Positions 1 to 12,262 of a stretch of DNA of 64,000 bases are shown here, in pieces. Positions within the stretch are counted from its first letter, which is position 1; each line of letters starts with the position of its first letter. Where the stretch lies: assembly GCA_030295235.1 (NCBI GenBank), contig AP026143.1:62001-126000 (forward strand), given 5' to 3'. The position numbers were made by a program, and so were the translations under genes. Source of the DNA: Fistulifera solaris. Its lineage: Eukaryota. Under the pieces are notes generated by a model. It was not told the origin of the DNA. It searched no databases and worked only from the letters and a program-made list of their open reading frames with translations.

Positions 1-1264
1 TATCATTCACTAAATAAACAAATTGCACTGTGCGCTCTATGACAAAGAGTACTTATTTTCCTCGTTTTTAGTTTTATACGGAGTAATTATTTACGAAAAA
101 TCTTGAGACTTGAGAGTCAGTCTACAAGCTGTCATTTTTATGCTACCAAAAATCGAGCAATTATTAGGCTACACGCTACAGCACTCACAATGTGCAACCC
201 GGATACAGCTAACGTTTATTCTCGGCGCAAAGAACTTGCAGATTTGCATTCCGCATCCCGCCGCATCACCCATCACCCATCACCCATCACATCACTAGGT
301 ACGTGGAGTACCGTTTACGGCGTACGGAGCCGGTAACGCGCAAGGCTCCCAAAAATAATCTGTAGACTACCTGGTACACTTTTTTGGGTTCTTGCCCGCA
401 CATTAGTTCTACCCGCTGCTGCTCGTTTCTCGCCCGCTTGCCCTTTGTCGGTTGTCCTTTCTGACCTCGACTTCTGGCTTCTGACAATTTCGGGCAGCTT
501 CAACAAGTATCCTTCATCGAAAGGTGCAATGCCAGTGTAGCTCCTAACTACAACGGACTGAGTAGACTCCCACAATAGCTAAACCACAGAAACTAGGCAT
601 GACTGAGATTATCCAGTCGTGTGGTGATGAGCCGTCAACAACAACACGTCCGATAATGAGCAAAATTGAGGCACTTCAGAGCGATATTTGAGCAGAAAGA
701 ATCATCAATGACTTGAATTTCAAATGATTTTGAAAGCTTCTCGAGGGCGATATTAGCAGGTAGCTGCACGGCGGACGCAAGGAGGAACGAGGTCCCCAAA
801 AGTCGAAATTCATGACCTCATGACGACTCATGATTGATGAGAAGTCACGAGAAAAGGTAGCGTGCACTTTTCGTCGATACATCTAATTATAACTGACGAA
901 GTACGGACAGAGCTGTCTCCCGAGCTTCCAGCACGCGCAAAAACGCGGCCATGGCATGGTGGCTTTATTTGCAGATCCGACCCGAAAAAAATTACAGAAT
1001 GACAGTTTCATTCTTACTAATTCGTTGTGCTGTGTTTGACTTGCTCTTCTTCTTTTTTTTATTCCCAAGTCTGAATTATTGAGTATTTCGTCTCATTACG
1101 TATGAACTCGTCCTAAGCATTGTGATTGAGAAGATCATCCTTTGGCAAAAAAATAGTTGGTCGAGATTCGAGAGTATTCTCATTCCTTCCTTTCGAATAT
1201 CCTTTTCTTTTCTTCTTCAAAACAACAACTTCTCAGTTCGCCTGCTAATACAGCAACAAGCAAT

Positions 1265-3245
1265 ATGGAAGGCTTTGATTTTTGTTGCATTGCCTGGAAA
1301 CGACGAACGGGATGGACGCCCTTATTGAGTTCCGTCGTCGTTTCGTCGTTTACCCACTGGGAACCCCGAACGGTGGCCATCATTGGTTCCCAACTCGTGT
1401 ATTTTGAAAATGGTACCGAAGATGGACCGCCGCGAGGATCCATTGATCTTATAAAGGATCAAATTCAATTGCAAGTCATTCCGCCGTCTCCAGAAGACGA
1501 TGGACCGACACCGCATCAATTGCACATTCAAGCCACGAAAGAAAAATCGAAAACGAACAAGAAGGAAGACACGAGCAGCAGTCTTTCGACGCACAAAACA
1601 ACATCATCCCACAATATAGTAGTAGTATGGAAATTCTGTTTCGATCAACAATCCGATTTAATGACATTACTCACCCAAATCCATCAAGTCCTCGAACAAG
1701 GTGGACAATTTGCCAGCAAATCCACCGAACGCTTCGAACACGATTTTCACGCCGCCGATCACATTTATCGGTGGGAAATGATTGTCGTACCGCCCGTCAT
1801 TTATCCCATACAAATTCATGGCATTGTCTTGGAAGCGGGACGGAATTGTGTAGTCGTGGCGGATTTTGGTCTCACGGGATATTCGCGACAACAGGGGAAT
1901 GAATTTCATCACGTCGATGATACGCACAGTATGACGGAAGCGGTCTTGGCGGCCTTCAAAAAGTTACGACCAACGCAACAGGATCAACGATTGCATATAT
2001 TGACTTTGATTGATCCGAAAGAAATTCGGAAATGGACGAAAGCGGGGTACGATCAGGATAGTTTCTTGTATCAAGCGAAACATCATGCGAAAGCCTTTGA
2101 AAAAGTATCGAGTTGGTTTGGGAAAATGCGCATCAACAAGAGTAGTCATCACAATGATGACAGTCAAAGTAGTTATACGGAAACATCCTATGAGGGAGAT
2201 CATCCCGTGGTCAAGATTACGGATACAGCAGAATCATCACCGAAATCACATTATAAAACGAAACAAGCCAATCAAGTACTGCCACAATCGGATCCTCCGG
2301 AAATTGTGTTAGAACGGGCGCACTTTTGTTGGAGCACATGAATGTACTGCCACCGTATCATGTCTTTTATTCCAACAGTGAATGCATTGCCGTGTGGTGC
2401 AAAACGGGTCGGTGGTCGACCTTGCAAACGGCGGTCTTTTGAGTACGAATTCCGTCGGGGCCGCCAAGTCGAGTACCTTGGCGACCTTGGGAGTGGCGGC
2501 GGCGAATCCGCTCTTGGCGCCGGTGGTGGCGTTGGGGGGATTGATTTGGATCACGGCGCCCATGTATATATTGAAAAAGTCGCGCGAACAGTGGCAACTC
2601 ATTACAGAGTACATGACGGATGTGTTTTGGTCGGCAGCGTCAGCGAAAGTATTTGTAGCGGCGATTCAACATTGGAGTGGTTTGGTACAAAAAGATGAAC
2701 ACGGAAATATTGTGGCGGTAGAGAAACATGTGTTGATGATGCGACGTCGACAACAACTTGAACGAGAAAGGAAGAAAGTCGAGAGTGAACGAGCACAGCA
2801 AGAGGATGAAAGTGACGGTATCGATTTATCGCATGCGGAGGAACTGCCCCAGCTGGACAGTGATGCCGAGGAAGACATAATAGATGAAATCCATGGTCCT
2901 CTAGCTCCGCCGCCCATGTCGGCACCACCCCCGCCACCTTTGGAAGATGAAATTACGCAAAAAGAAGTTGACTCGATTTTATCGTCCGCCGATGCCGACT
3001 ACATGGCTGCATTAACGGATGAGAAAGGAAGGACAGCTGCAGTTTTTATGAAGGCAAACGACATGCCACGCATAGAATCGGAATCGATTTCCACTACAAA
3101 CACAGATGGCGAGGCCGTTTACTCAAACGGAGCCACGGACAAACAAGCGATTGAAGGTCTTCCACTTGACGGCGACGAACCTGTCGATCCGCCCGCAGAC
3201 ACACAAGAGACCCCATCTACCGACTACGAAGCGAAGGAGTCATGA
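1265..3245 (+). CDS. PH-domain + LRAT/NlpC-P60-like (NC-domain) protein with acidic/Pro-rich tail; two apparent single-T deletions (~2325, ~2437)
   Basis: N-terminal PH-like segment (WEPRTVAIIGSQLVYF..PRGSIDL..WKFCFD), then HIYRW..IHGIV and DPPEIVLERAHF. Restoring one T in each of two T-runs gives LPPYHVFYSNSECIAVWCKTGRWSTLQTAVFLSTNS and joins ORFs 1157-2341 and 2382-3245. Confidence 0.7.
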
Positions 3246-3454
3246 TAAGCTTAGGGTTCAAAACCGTCCGTCTATGTATTCTTTGTGCATGTTTTCGTGT
3301 TTTTCCTCGATTTGACTTCGTATCCGCAACCGTCCTTCGAATCGGCCGTCTGCGTTGTCATAATGGGCTGGTCGATCCACTCCTGTGGTTCGGCTGGCTG
3401 GATTTCTTCTTGATCCTCGCCACCACAGGAACGTGGAGAAATTTACTTGCCGAG

Positions 3455-3875
3455 TCACTTTCCGTAGACTTGGTCGGCGACAAAGGGACGACGTTGAAGA
3501 CTTTCTCGACACACTTTCAAGACGTCCTCGTTCACTGTCTCTGTTGGCCCAATGAGCGACAACAATACAGGTAGTAGCATTAGTCCATGGAGCATTCCCA
3601 AGGTCACCAATCCAACGAACATGACAAAGACGGTTCTCATCAAAATGTTGTTGGACAAAGCGAGCGGCAAAATCCCCAAAAATGTGGTCGTACCACCCAA
3701 CAAGATACTTTCGCCCATCGTCGTCAACATGTCGACAGTCTTGGCATGTCGCGTTTTCTCAGTAGACTCATAATAATAATGCAGCAAGACATGGATAATG
3801 TAGTCGATGAGCAAGCCAATCGACATGACCATCGTGACGTAGCTGACCGGATTGATGGTTAGGCCCGCCCATTGC
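3455..3875 (-). pseudogene. C-terminal fragment of a Patched/NPC1-family (sterol-sensing/RND) membrane protein; 5' part absent
   Basis: QWAGLTINPVSYVTMVMSIGLLIDYIIH..MGESILLGGTTTFLGILPLA..LGMLHGLMLLPVLLSLIGP resembles the last TM helices of Patched-family proteins. Similarity stops at ~3875, and the neighbouring gene ends at 4241. Confidence 0.75.
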
Positions 3876-4240
3876 TCCTCGAGTCACATTTTTAGGTTTC
3901 GCCTCGGAGAAAGTGGAACCCAGTGAAGCAACTTTTAAACGACTGGTTGCGATCCAAACTATGTGGAATGTGGATCAAAACCAATGGCATACGCTTTTCT
4001 GCAAAGAATTTAGATCCATGAAATAGGAAAGGACGAATGGTGTAATACGTGGCGACACTGCTCATGGCGACCTTTTAAGCGATTTCGTTTCCCCTGTAGC
4101 ATTTTCTCTTTCAATAGCGACAAAAGATTCCATTTAAAACATATTATAGAGAGTATTAAACTACGTGTAAGCATTCATGATTCAGTTGTGTGTATCATGA
4201 ATGAATTGCGTCGTATTAACATGTTTATTACCATATTTTT

Positions 4241-5971
4241 TTATTGAAGTACGTTTGATACCTTCACTCGCGGATACAATTGACTCGTCGCAAACGCTTG
4301 ATCCCATTTGTCTCGCAATACATCAAACGGTTCCAATCCCACACTACAGCGCAACAAATTCGGTGGCACATGATATTGCGTCGCAAATTCCAATTCATGA
4401 TAATGCGCCAATAAGGTATACGGACACACCAAAGTAAAGTTCGTTCCCAACGACGGGCCCTTGGCCACATCCAATGCATCAAAGAACGTTCGTTGACACA
4501 TGTGAGACGACAACATCATGGAGAACAATCCACCATTCGCGTGTTCGGACGATCGCAATTGTTGATAATGCGGCGAAACATCGGGTGCATAAATTGTTTG
4601 GACCGCCGGATGTTGTCGCAAATATTCCGTCAAGGCTCCGGCCGTGGCATTGATTTGTTCATTGCGCTGCACAAAATCTTGCGCATTTTGTGAAATCGCG
4701 TACGCATCCGCTACAAAAAGGTCGTCATTCGAGTGATGTTGTTGCAGATCCTGTTGCATCCATTGACCTTGTGCGGTATTTGGATTGCAGACAATGCTTC
4801 CCGCCATGGCATCCCCCCGTCCACTGACCAATTTTGTCAAACTAGTACACACGGCATCGGCCAAACCCGTCTGCAACAAATCGACATTCAAAAAGTTGGC
4901 AATCGTATCATCCATAATGAGACAGAAATGGTATTCATTTGCCAATTCTCGCAGTGCGTACACATCGGGACACTGCAAGAGCGGATTGGATGGCACTTCG
5001 GTCAACAAAGCCGCCACTTGCGATCCGTGTTGGGACAAATACTGCCGCAAGCTTTGCAAATCAGCCGCATTCCCGTAGCCAAAGAATTCGGTACCAGCGG
5101 GACATAGTTCCGGTCGCGAACACAATTTCAGGGTATCCAAATACGGAAATCCGTACACAATGGATCGCCCGTTGGTCTGTTTGCATTGTTGCGCATAACG
5201 CCGTGCCGAACGGAGGGAATGATAAATACTGGACATGCCACTGGGTGTCAAAAAGATGTGATCGGTAGGAACTTGGGTCCATTGCGACAATTGTTGTTGC
5301 AGAATCGTATGAGGAGTAATCGTAGGACACGATGCCGCGTGATGCTGTGATCCACACGACGTGACTTTTTTGCGCAACGAAATACCGAGATCGTGTAACG
5401 CCCGTTCGGCGCGACGACTACTGACGACTTCTCCCGTATGTTGCCAATATGCTTTGGCTTCCATCCCCCAAGCCGTTTGTGCTGGAAATAAAACGGCATG
5501 AATGTTTTGGGCACCCACGGACACGACTTGAATGTTTGTTGTCGTAGTTGTTGTCGTAGTAAGTATATCCTCCAAAGAACCACCAATCCACGCATTATCG
5601 GCCACAGCTTTTCCTTCCAACGCTTGTTGCAAGAACGCTTGACATCGTTTGGCGGCTGCCGCACTCGGCAGTACCAAACAATCCATCTGGGAATGTTGCT
5701 GCACGACAACATCCATGAGTTGCAAGACGTACGGATGATAGACAAATCGTGGATAACCACATTTCATTTGCAGGGTAACAGAAGGATCTCCTTCTTCGTA
5801 GCCCACGACACTCCCCCACGTCGGTAAACTGACACTGCAGGCATGTTCATCGGTGGGTAAGGGCGTACCGAGCGGTTGACTGGTCGCTGGTAGCTGTGAC
5901 GAGAAGTACCGTGCGATCGGATAACGCAGTCTTCGTTGTAATAATCGGGGTAACAGGCGAGTGACTGTCAT
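4241..5971 (-). CDS. Cystathionine gamma-synthase-like PLP enzyme (Cys/Met metabolism family, fungal STR2 type)
   Basis: HACSVSLPTW..GYEEG..GYPRF, TPSGMSSI, EVPSNPLL, DDT, SLTKLVSG (PLP Lys), KGPSLGTNFTL..PYTLLAHY, LLRCSVGLE. Arg-rich N-terminus resembles a mitochondrial presequence. Confidence 0.9.
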   Translation of the reverse strand: MTVTRLLPRLLQRRLRYPIARYFSSQLPATSQPLGTPLPTDEHACSVSLPTWGSVVGYEEGDPSVTLQMKCGYPRFVYHPYVLQLMDVVVQQHSQMDCLVLPSAAAAKRCQAFLQQALEGKAVADNAWIGGSLEDILTTTTTTTTNIQVVSVGAQNIHAVLFPAQTAWGMEAKAYWQHTGEVVSSRRAERALHDLGISLRKKVTSCGSQHHAASCPTITPHTILQQQLSQWTQVPTDHIFLTPSGMSSIYHSLRSARRYAQQCKQTNGRSIVYGFPYLDTLKLCSRPELCPAGTEFFGYGNAADLQSLRQYLSQHGSQVAALLTEVPSNPLLQCPDVYALRELANEYHFCLIMDDTIANFLNVDLLQTGLADAVCTSLTKLVSGRGDAMAGSIVCNPNTAQGQWMQQDLQQHHSNDDLFVADAYAISQNAQDFVQRNEQINATAGALTEYLRQHPAVQTIYAPDVSPHYQQLRSSEHANGGLFSMMLSSHMCQRTFFDALDVAKGPSLGTNFTLVCPYTLLAHYHELEFATQYHVPPNLLRCSVGLEPFDVLRDKWDQAFATSQLYPRVKVSNVLQ

Positions 5972-6494
5972 GATACTGTAAGTATTGCTGTGTGTGGCGC
6001 GCGGGTGTTGCCGATCGGTCGATCGTGAGCTTCAGTAGAAAATGAAACGATCGCTTTTCTCACTGAACCTCTAGGTTCGTAGTAACAGTGATATCGAGTA
6101 TAGACTTATTTTTTTATCCAACTTGACTCTAAAGTATTTTGGAGGATATATTGCAACGAAGACACCTCTCGCTCGTCGGCTACCAGGTATCGTCGCGACG
6201 ATGGATTATTGTGTGCTTGGAAAAAATGGCGCGCCTTTTTCCGACGCACGCGAAAGGGTGGGCAGACAGACCATGCACGCGTGTCTGAGAAAGTCATATA
6301 AAGACTCGTACCGGTTCTGAGGACGATCGCTCCCTAAAGGATGATGCCAAAAATTTGCCCGCTTTTATTTATCGGCATCACGCATTTTTTTCTTTTTCCA
6401 TTCATTCGCTATTCGTCATTCATTCATTCATTGCTTCCTCTGCAATATTTCTCAGGTGCGCTTTAATCCTCAATATCACAACATCACCACTACT

Positions 6495-7491
6495 ATGCAG
6501 CAGCAAGAAGAATGCAAAGACGAAGAGACGCCTTTGTTGTTATCACCTACAACATCAACTCCCATCCAACACCATCATTCATGGGACGGCCGCGGATGGT
6601 TGTTGGGCGTCGCTTTTGTACGGCACACTCAATGTCACTTTGCGCAGCATTTATGCGCAACCACATCCTCCGTCGGCCGCGGCCTTGAGTACCAGTCGTG
6701 GTTGGTTGGCCGTCCTGTGTTTTCTGCCTTTGCTCTGGAGACGACAAAGACTCACACCACGGCGCCGCAACATCGGCAGGCCCTGGAATTGGCGGTATGG
6801 AATTTCGGAGCACAAGGATTGGCGAATATTGGTTTATTGACGGTTCCTTCGGCACGAGCGGCCTTTTGACACAAACCAGTGTGGTATGGACTCCCTTTTG
6901 TCGTGTCTGGTCCACCCAGACCACCGTCCCCAACGGCACCATTGGTGGGCTTCCTTGGTGTGTTTGTGCGGTTTGGGACTTTTGTCGTTGAGTCATGAGA
7001 CTCCTACTACTAGCCACAATCACAACAGTCATGCCTACGGACATGTACTCTTGTTACTGGCCGCCGGTTGTTGGTCCATGTACATTGTTCGATTGTCCAT
7101 CTTGTCGGTCGGACACGAGGAAGTCTCCTTGCAAGCCTGTAAAAATGTTTATTTGGCCACATTGTACAGTCTATGGTGGCTCCTGCAATCCGTATGGGAA
7201 AAGACAACAGCAACTCCTCCTTCGGATGTTACTTCTTCTTGGTATTCGCATCCCATCCTTTGGTGTCTATTGTTGTACAGTGCCCTCGGACCCGGCACTG
7301 TCGCGGATATTGGACAACAACACGGTCAATCTTTACTCAAAGACGCGACCGAATCGAATGTGTGGTTGAGTTTGGAACCCGTGTTCACGGCGATGTTGGG
7401 TTATTTTTTGTTGAAAGAACCCTTGTCGTGGGCGGAAGTGGGGGGAGGCGCATTAGTCGTGAGTGCGGCACTCTGGTCGAGTGTTGTATAG
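6495..7491 (+). CDS. EamA/DMT-family membrane transporter (frameshifted in this sequence)
   Basis: Hydrophobic pieces across frames: LLYGTLNVTLR, LELAVWNFGAQGLANIGL..ARAAFLTQTSVVWTP, QQHGQ..LSLEPVFTAMLGYFLLKEPLSWAEVGGGALV. Confidence 0.8.
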
Positions 7492-7617
7492 TACTGTAGA
7501 AAGGATGTGCATTCCGAAAACGAATGTGATTCATAATGACTTCCCGTCGTTGTAATTTCAAACCGTACTATTGTTATTGGAAGAAGAAGGATGACTTCTT
7601 CAATCTGTTTTTACTAC

Positions 7618-8055
7618 TTAGACGACGACCGATTCTCCGACGTGTTTGTACGTGACACTGGAAAGAGCTCCACCACTCGCCTTAAAATCGGCCCACGCTT
7701 GATAATGCGATTGTTGTTTGTGATATTCAATCGCCGCGGCGTCGGCATAGAGCTCATAAAAGATGAATTTGTTTGGCTCGGTAGGATCGCGCAACACATC
7801 GAAGCGATGACATCCAGGTTCTTGACGCGATTGCTCCGCATTGTTTTGAATCAAGGGAATAAATTCGTCCAAACGGGCTGGATCAATTTCGGCATGAACG
7901 ACAATCGCCCATGGCTTGGTGGTTGTAGTAGTACTCATGTGCAATCGAGTGGTGGTTGCTAGACGCGAAGAAGAAGGCACCACAAAGGCACGAGCTTGCA
8001 ATAATGTGGTGGTCGTCAAATACGTCACCAATGGTTTTCTCCAAGAAACGAACAT
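7618..8055 (-). CDS. ABM-domain (antibiotic biosynthesis monooxygenase/LsrG-like) protein, probably plastid-targeted
   Basis: SRQEPGCHRFDVLRD..FIFYELY..HKQQSHYQAW. N-terminus LLQARA|FVVP followed by a Ser/Thr/Arg-rich transit-like stretch. Confidence 0.85.
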   Translation of the reverse strand: MFVSWRKPLVTYLTTTTLLQARAFVVPSSSRLATTTRLHMSTTTTTKPWAIVVHAEIDPARLDEFIPLIQNNAEQSRQEPGCHRFDVLRDPTEPNKFIFYELYADAAAIEYHKQQSHYQAWADFKASGGALSSVTYKHVGESVVV

Positions 8056-8372
8056 TCCTTTCTTCCGCTCTCTTTCTCAGTGCGAAGAACAAGCAGAGTG
8101 CAAGGAGAAGAATCAATGAAAGACTAGTCTAATGATGACACCAGTAAAGATTGCAATATGAATGCGAAAAACGCTCGCGTTCTCCAAAGGGCCGGGTGAC
8201 GGACGGACCTCAATAACGAACCCGGATGTAGGATCATTCGCTGAATGTGACGTCACGCAAACCTGCCAACAAAAAGCTCTTTATTTTCTGCTTTTCATTC
8301 GTTTGCTGTTACCTTATAGCTGTTAACTCTTCCTTTCTTTTTATCTTTTTTTTTTTCTGTAATTCTATTAGG

Positions 8373-9572
8373 ATGCTGTCTTCCTCGCCGTGTCTACGAC
8401 GGCGCTGGATGACACAGAAGCGATTATTATTCTTGTCTTCAATGACGCCCCCAACAACGACTCTAGTCCATACCAATCCGCGTACAAGAGTCAATTGGCA
8501 TCGCTGGGGACGGGTGTTGCGGTATACTCGGATTCCTGTGTTAGTGGTGAGTGTGTACGGGATTGGTTATCAACAAGGGATTATGGATACGACACGGACG
8601 CCCCTCGCGATGCAACAAGGTTTGTTGTTGACGATATTGAAATCCGTCGGTGTCACACACGAACAGCACGTACAAATCTTGGATTCATCATCTTCGTCTT
8701 CGTCCTCCAAACCAGCAACACCGGAACAACGCATGGTCATGGCTGTCGGACAGCAAATTGTCCAAGCGGCACGGGTGTATGTGCAAGAACAATTGCAACA
8801 CGCGTTGCAACAAGCGGCGCGCGATCCTACGGCAGAAATGCCCAGTGACATGACTTCCCAACAACAATTGGAGTATTTCATGACGCAATCGAAATATGCG
8901 GAAACAATTCAATTGTGGTATCAGGCGCAATTGCGTTTGAATGGAGAATCATCGGATCATCCATCGCCGTGGTCGTATGTTTGGATTCAACACTCGAACA
9001 TACCCAATGCCTTTGTCACGGAAATTTTGCCGCGACGACTCTTTATCACGAAAGCCATGGGACAGATTGCCACGACACCCGACGAATGGGCGGTCGTATT
9101 GGGACACGAAATCAGTCACTTGATTTTGGGACACAACAGTCAAACGAATCAATTGGAAGTCTTTTTGAAAACCGTCGAAGTCTTGTTGTTGAGTATGGAT
9201 CCGACCGAAGGAGTGATGACGCTCTTTGTGGTGGGAGCCTTGGCGGCGGTTCATCGCGGATTGGCGGCGGCGTATTCCCGAGAACACGAACGACAAGCCG
9301 ATGAATTAGGTCTAACACTAGCGGCGCGGGCTTGTTTTGATACTGCCCGAGGGGTCGAAGTCATGCACAAGATGCATCAACATTCGGTCAGTGCGGCGCC
9401 TTCCACAATGCAAAGTAGTACCATTTCGCTGTGGGATACTCATCCGCCGAGTTTGGAACGCTATCAACAATTGCAAAGGGCGAGTCAAACGGAACATGCG
9501 GCACGGTATACACATTGTCACACCATCACGCAACGTTTCTTACGGGCGATTACCCGAAATCCGGTCGAGTAG
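8373..9572 (+). CDS. Peptidase M48 (Oma1-like) zinc metalloprotease
   Basis: PNAFV, VLGHEISH (HExxH), YSREHERQADELG and THPP motifs; mitochondrial-like N-terminus. Confidence 0.88.
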   Translation: MLSSSPCLRRRWMTQKRLLFLSSMTPPTTTLVHTNPRTRVNWHRWGRVLRYTRIPVLVVSVYGIGYQQGIMDTTRTPLAMQQGLLLTILKSVGVTHEQHVQILDSSSSSSSSKPATPEQRMVMAVGQQIVQAARVYVQEQLQHALQQAARDPTAEMPSDMTSQQQLEYFMTQSKYAETIQLWYQAQLRLNGESSDHPSPWSYVWIQHSNIPNAFVTEILPRRLFITKAMGQIATTPDEWAVVLGHEISHLILGHNSQTNQLEVFLKTVEVLLLSMDPTEGVMTLFVVGALAAVHRGLAAAYSREHERQADELGLTLAARACFDTARGVEVMHKMHQHSVSAAPSTMQSSTISLWDTHPPSLERYQQLQRASQTEHAARYTHCHTITQRFLRAITRNPVE

Positions 9573-9665
9573 TATACAATGCAAACGGAAATTCCAGTAA
9601 CGCTCATATATATGGTAAAAAACATAATGGTACAGCCCTATTACTCGCTCAATGCTCTAAAAAAA

Positions 9666-11856
9666 TTACAGTCGAACTCTTCTTGCAACTTTGGGTGGCA
9701 TAGGGGCATTGGTTCCCGGCGACGACGACAATTCGATTGTTTTGGAGGATGGTTTGGGACCTGGCTTTCGCCGTCGTACAGCCAATCCCCACCAACTCAA
9801 TACCAAATGAATTCCGGTCAAATAAGCCAAATGTTTCATGGCATGCACGTACGTTTCTTGTTTCAATCCCAGAGCTTCCAAAACTTGATTTCCATTCCGT
9901 ACCATGGCCATGGCACCCATTCGGGGTAAATCTTTCCAAATCGATGACCACCACCGTCTTCCTCCAGTAGAGGAGACAAATTGCATGTCTTGAAATTCGG
10001 CAACCATGACGGCGTGAATGGCGTACGCAAACGGACTGAGGCGTTTCATGAGTTGTGTCACCATGGTGGTGCACGATGCGGATCGACTCCGCTGGGATTA
10101 ATCACACCCACGAGCATGAGAACAACTAAAATGGGTAATCCGGCTTGTATGGCCAAACCATCGGCAGCAAACCAGCTCCCAAACAAAAATCCCAAAGATG
10201 CACCCGCTGCCGTCAATAAGGAAAAGGCCCCCGTCAGTGGCCACCAACCAATGCACAATCCAGTACACGCTTTCAAAACTGTACTAAAGACACCCGCAAA
10301 AGGGCGTCCAATGGTAATTCCGCCAGAGCCTTGGCCAACAAATACTCCAAGGTACTGTATTGATGCCGCATTTGTTCCCGCAATACCACGGGATATTCCT
10401 TTTCAAACAAATCGGCCGTCTTCATGTACGCCATATTACAGACAACAATGGCTGCTGTCGTCAATAAAGCGGCTCGATCGGCCAAACTATGTGCCGTGGG
10501 TGGTGCATGGGGCACAACGGTGGGATACAATTGTGTCAAGAGCCACGCGTTGCTCGCGGAAAAAATCAATCGAGCGACGATCGATGTCGTATCGCGGAGA
10601 TTTTGTCGCAAGGATCGTTTTAACAGTGCCATGAAACGCAAGAGCCACTGGGGACAGTGAAACAATCTATGCCGACGAGAACGTATAGCAGCAGATTGCG
10701 AGGATTGAGCAGTTGGTATCTTAGAAATTTCTTTCATAGTGATGTGTGGGTAACGCAGATCACGATGTTTCTGGTTCCTTTTGGGTATCCGTAATTGTTT
10801 TCGTTGATGCTTTCGAAAGTGCGACACTATCTTTTGGATACGCTTCTCGTCCAAGGCGGCTTGTACGGGGTCTTCCGGATCCACCGAAATCAAATCCACA
10901 TAGTATTCCGCTGGATTCGTATCCTGCGGACAAGCATATCCGAGATCATCAAAGTACGCTCGAACTTCCGAACGCGGCCCCACATAGCACACATGCCCAC
11001 CCGACGCCATTAATATAATATCATCCAATAATTCATTCCATATCGTCGATCGGGGTTGATGCAACACACAAAAGGCCGGAATTTGCAAGTTCTGGACGGT
11101 ATCACGAATGAGTTGGACGACACGAACACTCATACTGGTATCCAAGCCCGTCGTTGGTTCATCGGCCAGCAACAGTTCCTTGTCAGTCAACAATTCCAAT
11201 GCCACCGCGAGTCGACGTCGTTCTCCGCCCGACAACTTGTACGATGACGAAGAACCATGATATCCTCCCACTTTTCGATCGGCCACGGCGGCCAGTCCCA
11301 ACGCTTGCAATTTCGTTTGTACCAAAGCATCCCGTTTGTCTGCCGACCAATGTGGCAATTCCAAAAAGGCTGCTAATTGCAAAGTCTCTTGGACGGTCAA
11401 TAATTCGAAGAACGAATCGTGTTGTTGCAACCAAGCGACTTGCGGTGGTGTCATGCGCATCAGTACTTCCTCGGAGTGATGGTATTGCCACACGTTGCCT
11501 TGAGAAGAAGGAGAACCCGAGAGGGCATGAATGAGAGTCGACTTGCCAGCCCCTGAAGGTCCCAAAATCCCACACACGTGCCCATTCGGAACGAATCCGG
11601 TGCAGGAATGTAATAAGGGATGATCGTTTTGCTGTACCGACACATCATGCCATACTAATCCAGATTCTCCCTGCGTTAATTGCTGGATAATTTCTTCCTG
11701 TTTCATTGTGACGTATGTTTCTTCCTTTTCACGGTTGCTATTGTTGGTTTCGTCTTCTTCTTGTGAAAGTGCCTCCGTGTGGAAAGTGCCGATGAGCCCC
11801 AGAAGAGCCAACAAGAGGAAGAAGAATTGCAATGACACTCTTCGTTGCGTTTGCAT
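9666..11856 (-). CDS. ABCG (White-family) half transporter, NBD-TMD; C-terminal part frameshifted
   Basis: Walker A GPSGAGKST, signature LSGGERRR, ADEPTTGLD, HQPRS, NPAEY. The TMD continues in ORFs 10058-10276 and 9666-10064. Confidence 0.9.
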
Positions 11857-12262
11857 CGTAGTGAAATAAGCCGTTAAGGCGAATAAAAGCAACACAACAG
11901 AACACCAATATTTCTCTTTTTCTTTCCTTATCGAAGGAAATGGATGAAATATTGAACACCTAATGGAACTTTCGAGAACTTACGCGCGTTGTGAAGAGAA
12001 GAGACGCATCTCGCGAAAATCGCATCGATGACGTCATGGGGCGCGCCATTTTATTGGCTCTATAGGCGTGACAGTACAATAGTGATACCAACCGTGACTT
12101 TCGACAAATCACGCATAAGTAGCCACCATCAGTCGGAAAGTACCTGGTACTTCATGCAAAACTGAGGCGAATTCAGGTTCGTCACGACTAACTAGAGAGC
12201 CATCACAAGTTCTTGCCTTCTTTTTATGTTTATTGAAAATTGATAATTATATAGCCTCTTAC

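Noticed and set aside
1..1150. Short ORFs at the window start
   Set aside because: No recognisable motifs; probably intergenic or decayed sequence.
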